A stretch of 21,320 bases of DNA. Origin: Promethearchaeota archaeon (GTDB lineage Archaea > Asgardarchaeota > Lokiarchaeia > Sigyniarchaeales > SOKP01). A program made the translations under genes and the position numbers. Under the pieces are notes generated by a model. The model made no database searches and had not been told where the DNA came from. It saw only the letters and a program-made list of their open reading frames with translations. The stretch lies in the NCBI GenBank assembly GCA_018238625.1, contig JABCSY010000069.1:1-21320 (forward strand), given 5' to 3'. Positions 17,640-21,320 of this stretch are shown here, piece by piece (the stretch's first letter is position 1; every line of letters begins with the position of its first letter).

Positions 17640-17744
17640 TTTTTATTCTCTTCTTAATAACCGGTTTAATTAATATCAATCGGTTTATAATTTTTTAACG
17701 AAGGTATTAAATAGTATAAAATCAATTTAATTTTTGGATAAAAA

Positions 17745-18191
17745 TTGATCCAAGAGATTATTATTCTTAATGACAAGGGTATTCCCATATTTTGCCATGA
17801 TTTTAGCGGTAGTTCAAATGAGGATAATAAATATCAATTAATTGGTAGTTATTTCGACCAACTCTGCCGATTTGCCAAATACGGGTTCAAGGAGAGTTTA
17901 ACCACCATAAAAATGAATAAAAGCGTATTTTATTTTAAAACTCATCCTAACACTAATTTTCATCTAATAATAAAATGCGACAGTAAAATCGATAGTAAAA
18001 AGCTTAAAAAAAAATCGATTGATAATATTGCTATTAAAATCTTTGATAATTTCTTTGTTAAATTTAAAAGCGAACTGATGGATTTCAACGGAAATATTAC
18101 TCCTTTTAAACGATTCTCAAAAGATATTGATGAGATGATAAAACCTAAAGGGCTTTTAAGAAGTTTTGTAATAAGTCCTGGAGTTTTCTAA
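17745..18191 (+). CDS. Stand-alone longin-domain protein (Asgard type, sybindin/sigma-adaptin-like fold)
   Basis: 148 aa. MIQEIIILNDKGIPIFCHDF beta hairpin, LIGSYFDQLCRFAK helix, three strands (LTTIKM, FYFKT, FHLIIKCD), and C-terminal FxxKF...FNGNITPFKRFSKDIDEMI. Confidence 0.75.
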   Translation: MIQEIIILNDKGIPIFCHDFSGSSNEDNKYQLIGSYFDQLCRFAKYGFKESLTTIKMNKSVFYFKTHPNTNFHLIIKCDSKIDSKKLKKKSIDNIAIKIFDNFFVKFKSELMDFNGNITPFKRFSKDIDEMIKPKGLLRSFVISPGVF

Positions 18192-18739
18192 ATTTTGAAG
18201 CAAGCTAATATCAGAGCATCGTGATATTGATTACCATCAATATTAAGATATTTTCTTAATATTCCTTCCTCTTCGAAGTTAGAATTTTTAAACATTTTAA
18301 TGGACCTTTCATTTTTAACAGCGATATGTGCTTCGAGTCTATTCAGATTTAAATGAATAAAAGCAATATTTTTAACTAAATCTATTACTCGTTTACCTAA
18401 TCCTTTCTCCCAATATTCTGGAAGAATCCATATTCCAACACCGGAACGATTATGAAACCAAGATATATTCCAGAGACTAACTGAACCAATCCTACTTTTA
18501 CTTTTATCGTCTCGTAATTCTATAATGTAATTAAATTGAAGGTATTTATCCCAAGATCTTAGATAATTTTTGATTAATCTTCTTGAATGCTCTAAAGATC
18601 TTAGCGGGCCTAGCGACAAAAAATTAGTCATCTCTTTATTAGTAAGACTATTGTAAAAAAAAGAGATGTCATCTTTAGAAACCTTCCTAAGAAAAAGATT
18701 TCCTTCGTTAATTTCATCGATTATTTCGATATTTGCCAT
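18188..18739 (-). CDS. GNAT N-acetyltransferase, RimJ/RimL family
   Basis: LFLRKV, IGSVSL, GVGIWILPEYWEKGLGK (acetyl-CoA loop), LNLNRLEA, NERSIKMF and FEEEGILRK. Its stop overlaps the longin gene stop in CTAA at 18188-18191. Confidence 0.92.
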   Translation of the reverse strand: MANIEIIDEINEGNLFLRKVSKDDISFFYNSLTNKEMTNFLSLGPLRSLEHSRRLIKNYLRSWDKYLQFNYIIELRDDKSKSRIGSVSLWNISWFHNRSGVGIWILPEYWEKGLGKRVIDLVKNIAFIHLNLNRLEAHIAVKNERSIKMFKNSNFEEEGILRKYLNIDGNQYHDALILACFKI

Positions 18740-18843
18740 TAGTTATTCTATAACCAAAATTGTTTAAAAAATTATAGATTGAAACGCGTAGTATTTGTAA
18801 ATAAAAAAAGTAAAAAAATTTGAATATAATTTTTGATAATTGA

Positions 18844-19794
18844 CTACATTCCTATATAATGAGGCGTATCCTTAATCTTTCTCCTACCACCGCATACGTC
18901 ACATTTTGTACCGTCTTCAAATTTTCCCTTACCGCCACATTTTGGACACTTAACCTTTCTATTGAATGCCATTATTCCCTCCTTAGAATCGGAGGCTCCA
19001 CTGTTTACTCCGAAGCCCATTTGCTCCATAATTAAGCCTAATTGTTCGTATCTCGTTCCAAATTTGACGCATTTCTTTATTATAAACAAAGCGGTTGTTG
19101 CGGCTTCACCAAACCATTTAGCTTTCTCGTGGACAATTTTCTCAAATTCCTCTCCAGCAGGTGCAACCCAAGAAGCTAAACCCCAGTCTACAGCCGTCTG
19201 ACCATCAATTGGTTCGCCAAACATTGCCATTCTCAACGCTCTATTAACCCCTATTCTCGCAGCCATTCGAGTAATACCACCATTAGCAGGGAATATTCCT
19301 CTGTTGACTTCTGGTAAACCAATTTTTGATCTATCAGAAACTATAACAATATCACAACATAATACTAATTCGCAGCCTCCACCGAGCGCAAACCCATCAA
19401 CCGCAGCAATTAAAGGTTTTGAGAATTGTTCAATTTCGTCGTAATCACGATGTCGAATCCTCATTGCTAAAGACATGTGCCAGGTGACGTTTGGTTTTAG
19501 ACCAGGGCTAAAAGCTGCTGCTAAGTCCGCTCCAGCAGAAAACGCGGGTTTCTTAGTAAAATCTTTCGTACCTCTTAAAACAACAGCTCGAACGCTCCCG
19601 TCGGTTTCCATAATTCGTAAAGCTCTAGAAATTTCTGAAACTGTTTGCTCCGTTAATGCATTCAATCTGTCAGGTCTATTGATCGAAATAACGGCGTAAT
19701 TTCCATCAATTGTTCCTTCTCGAATAACATTACCTTGTTCGTCTGTTTTTGTGGGCCATTCAATTATAAGATGTTCAAATACATTTTCCGACAT
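18844..19794 (-). CDS. Enoyl-CoA hydratase/isomerase (crotonase family) with a C-terminal CxxCxGxG zinc-finger insertion
   Basis: INRPDRLNAL, AFSAGADL, KPLIAAVDGFALGGGCEL and GLPEVNRGIFPANGG, so both catalytic Glu are present. C-terminus contains CPKCGGKG...CDVCGGR. GAGGT SD upstream. Confidence 0.92.
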   Translation of the reverse strand: MSENVFEHLIIEWPTKTDEQGNVIREGTIDGNYAVISINRPDRLNALTEQTVSEISRALRIMETDGSVRAVVLRGTKDFTKKPAFSAGADLAAAFSPGLKPNVTWHMSLAMRIRHRDYDEIEQFSKPLIAAVDGFALGGGCELVLCCDIVIVSDRSKIGLPEVNRGIFPANGGITRMAARIGVNRALRMAMFGEPIDGQTAVDWGLASWVAPAGEEFEKIVHEKAKWFGEAATTALFIIKKCVKFGTRYEQLGLIMEQMGFGVNSGASDSKEGIMAFNRKVKCPKCGGKGKFEDGTKCDVCGGRRKIKDTPHYIGM

Positions 19795-19967
19795 ATTTAA
19801 TAACCTCTTTTAATAACCTTTTTTCAATTAATTCAATTAATTTAAAAATTTGATTTATGAATATTTAGTAGTAATTTTTTAGCAATTAAAAACTTTCAAA
19901 TTTTTCATTTTCTAATTTTTAACGTATATAAAAAGTAATTCAATCTATCAAACCAATAATACAATGG

Positions 19968-19982
19968 AAAAAAAAGAAAAAA
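19968..19982 (-). terminator. T-tract on the minus strand, putative terminator after the dehydrogenase gene
   Basis: aaaaaaaagaaaaaa on the + strand, about 35 nt past the stop at 20015. Confidence 0.35.
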
Positions 19983-20014
19983 CAAATGATAATTTTTAAT
20001 TAATTTTTTTAAAT

Positions 20015-21190
20015 TTATTTTCGCATGCTAACAAAGCCGCCAGTTTTCATCAATTCGCAAGGTTTAAGATATTCCATACCAGTCTTCTCTGCTAACTCTT
20101 CTAAAATCTTAGCCCATTTCTCAAATTGTTTTTTACCAGCCGCAAATGGCCCAGGCGTGTTCATTCCCGCCATATTTGCCTCGTCAATTACCTTAAAGCC
20201 TGTTACAACTTTCTCTTCTAATAGGCGGCAACCTTCGTTTAACATAATTGCCATCGAAGTTTCAACATTAAATAGACCTGCTTTTTGAGATTTATCGACT
20301 TTTGGTCTTCCTTTAGACCAATCATAAAAACCTTGAGCTGTTTTACGACCAAGCTTCTTATCTTCAACCATCTTGGTAAGAACTTTTCCGGGTCTAAAAT
20401 TAGGAGATAATGTTTCTGTATAATAATTACCCACATGGAACATGGTATCGAGTCCTACGTAATCCGTTAACTCACACGGTCCCATTGGCATCAAAGATCC
20501 CGCGTCACCGTCAATTTGTTCCCATGGAATTCCTTTTTCAGCTGCTTGATCAAATACCCAATTCATATAAATTTGGACTGGTGCATTCATTCTGTTAACA
20601 ATAAATCCAGGTCTATCCTTCAATACTTTAGGAACAAATCTCTTTCCTCTTAAACAAGGTAAAGATTGACCTACTTGAACGCCTATATTCATTGACTCAT
20701 CAGAGCTTTTTTCACCGGCTATTATCTCAATTAATCTCATGAGTATCGGTGGATTAAAGAAATGCATTCCAATTACCTTATCTGGCCTATTTGTTGCCGT
20801 AGCAATTTCAGTAATGCTCATCGTAGAAGTATTTGTGGCTAAGATACAATGAGCTGGTGCGTTTTCGTCGCAAGTTTTAAAAACTTGTTTTTTGATATCC
20901 ATTAATTCAACAACAGCTTCTAACACAAAATCAGCGTCTTTTACTGCGCTTGCCGTATCTATAGACTTTTTTAATTTTCCCATAAGATCGGCGGAAGAAA
21001 CACCCTCCCCTAACTTTCCTTTTGCTTCAAGTTTTTTTAATCCTTCATCTATTTTAGCAACTCCATTATCAACGAATTCATCTTTAATATCGACTAATGT
21101 TACGTTATAACCACCCATTAGAAAGATTTGACCGGCATTGTGGCCCATTAGGCCAGCACCAATAATAACTATGTTTTTAACATCAACCAT
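20015..21190 (-). CDS. 3-hydroxyacyl-CoA dehydrogenase, NAD-binding, with a duplicated C-terminal domain
   Basis: GAGLMGH Rossmann motif, EAVVE, ATNTSTM, GMHFFNPP (catalytic His), PGFIVNR, PMGPCELTDYVGLD and LGRKTAQGFY. A second C-domain reads NEGCRLLEEKV...IDEANMAGMNTPGPF. Confidence 0.93.
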   Translation of the reverse strand: MVDVKNIVIIGAGLMGHNAGQIFLMGGYNVTLVDIKDEFVDNGVAKIDEGLKKLEAKGKLGEGVSSADLMGKLKKSIDTASAVKDADFVLEAVVELMDIKKQVFKTCDENAPAHCILATNTSTMSITEIATATNRPDKVIGMHFFNPPILMRLIEIIAGEKSSDESMNIGVQVGQSLPCLRGKRFVPKVLKDRPGFIVNRMNAPVQIYMNWVFDQAAEKGIPWEQIDGDAGSLMPMGPCELTDYVGLDTMFHVGNYYTETLSPNFRPGKVLTKMVEDKKLGRKTAQGFYDWSKGRPKVDKSQKAGLFNVETSMAIMLNEGCRLLEEKVVTGFKVIDEANMAGMNTPGPFAAGKKQFEKWAKILEELAEKTGMEYLKPCELMKTGGFVSMRK

Positions 21191-21320
21191 TTTTGTTTTT
21201 CAACCTTTTATTTTTAATTATATTCTTATTTTAAAATTTTTCATAAACAGATTGTATTATGTAAACTAATTCGATTTTTTTTTTAACTTTTGACATTTTA
21301 TTTTTCAAAAAGTACAAATA

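Noticed and set aside
18868-18951. dnaJ gene fragment or misassembly
   Set aside because: No J-domain (HPD). The insert is in frame and the crotonase terminal motif resumes after it.
621-21110. Short antisense or out-of-frame ORFs in the track (e.g. 621-821, 2903-3091, 6226-6498, 14679-15077, 15726-16001, 20025-20288)
   Set aside because: They overlap well-supported genes, have shadow-ORF composition and show no recognisable motifs.

Overview
AT-rich archaeal DNA, most likely an Asgard (Lokiarchaeia-type) chromosome. This is inferred from a gelsolin-domain gene, longin-type genes, an IPGF-TM-basic sorting tail and GAGG/GGTGA ribosome-binding sites. Left to right: (1) the 3' part of a beta-helix (NosD/CASH-like) surface glycoprotein; (2) three minus-strand genes: an MBL-fold hydrolase, a Zn-site/TrmB-HTH/coiled-coil protein and a putative longin-like/winged-helix protein; (3) divergently, four paralogous membrane-anchored surface proteins sharing a YPxxVRKVRK(Y/F)xKTL cytoplasmic tail, the fourth with seven Ig-like repeats; (4) a gelsolin + helical-domain protein, a gelsolin-less paralog and a longin protein; (5) on the minus strand, a GNAT acetyltransferase, an enoyl-CoA hydratase with an inserted DnaJ-like zinc finger, and a 3-hydroxyacyl-CoA dehydrogenase. 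The best candidate for a new system is the surface-receptor array next to actin-regulator and longin genes. Its four receptors cover all combinations of two ectodomain types and two TM/tail types. No rRNA, tRNA, CRISPR array or mobile element was seen. All domain calls come from motif recognition by eye, not database searches.
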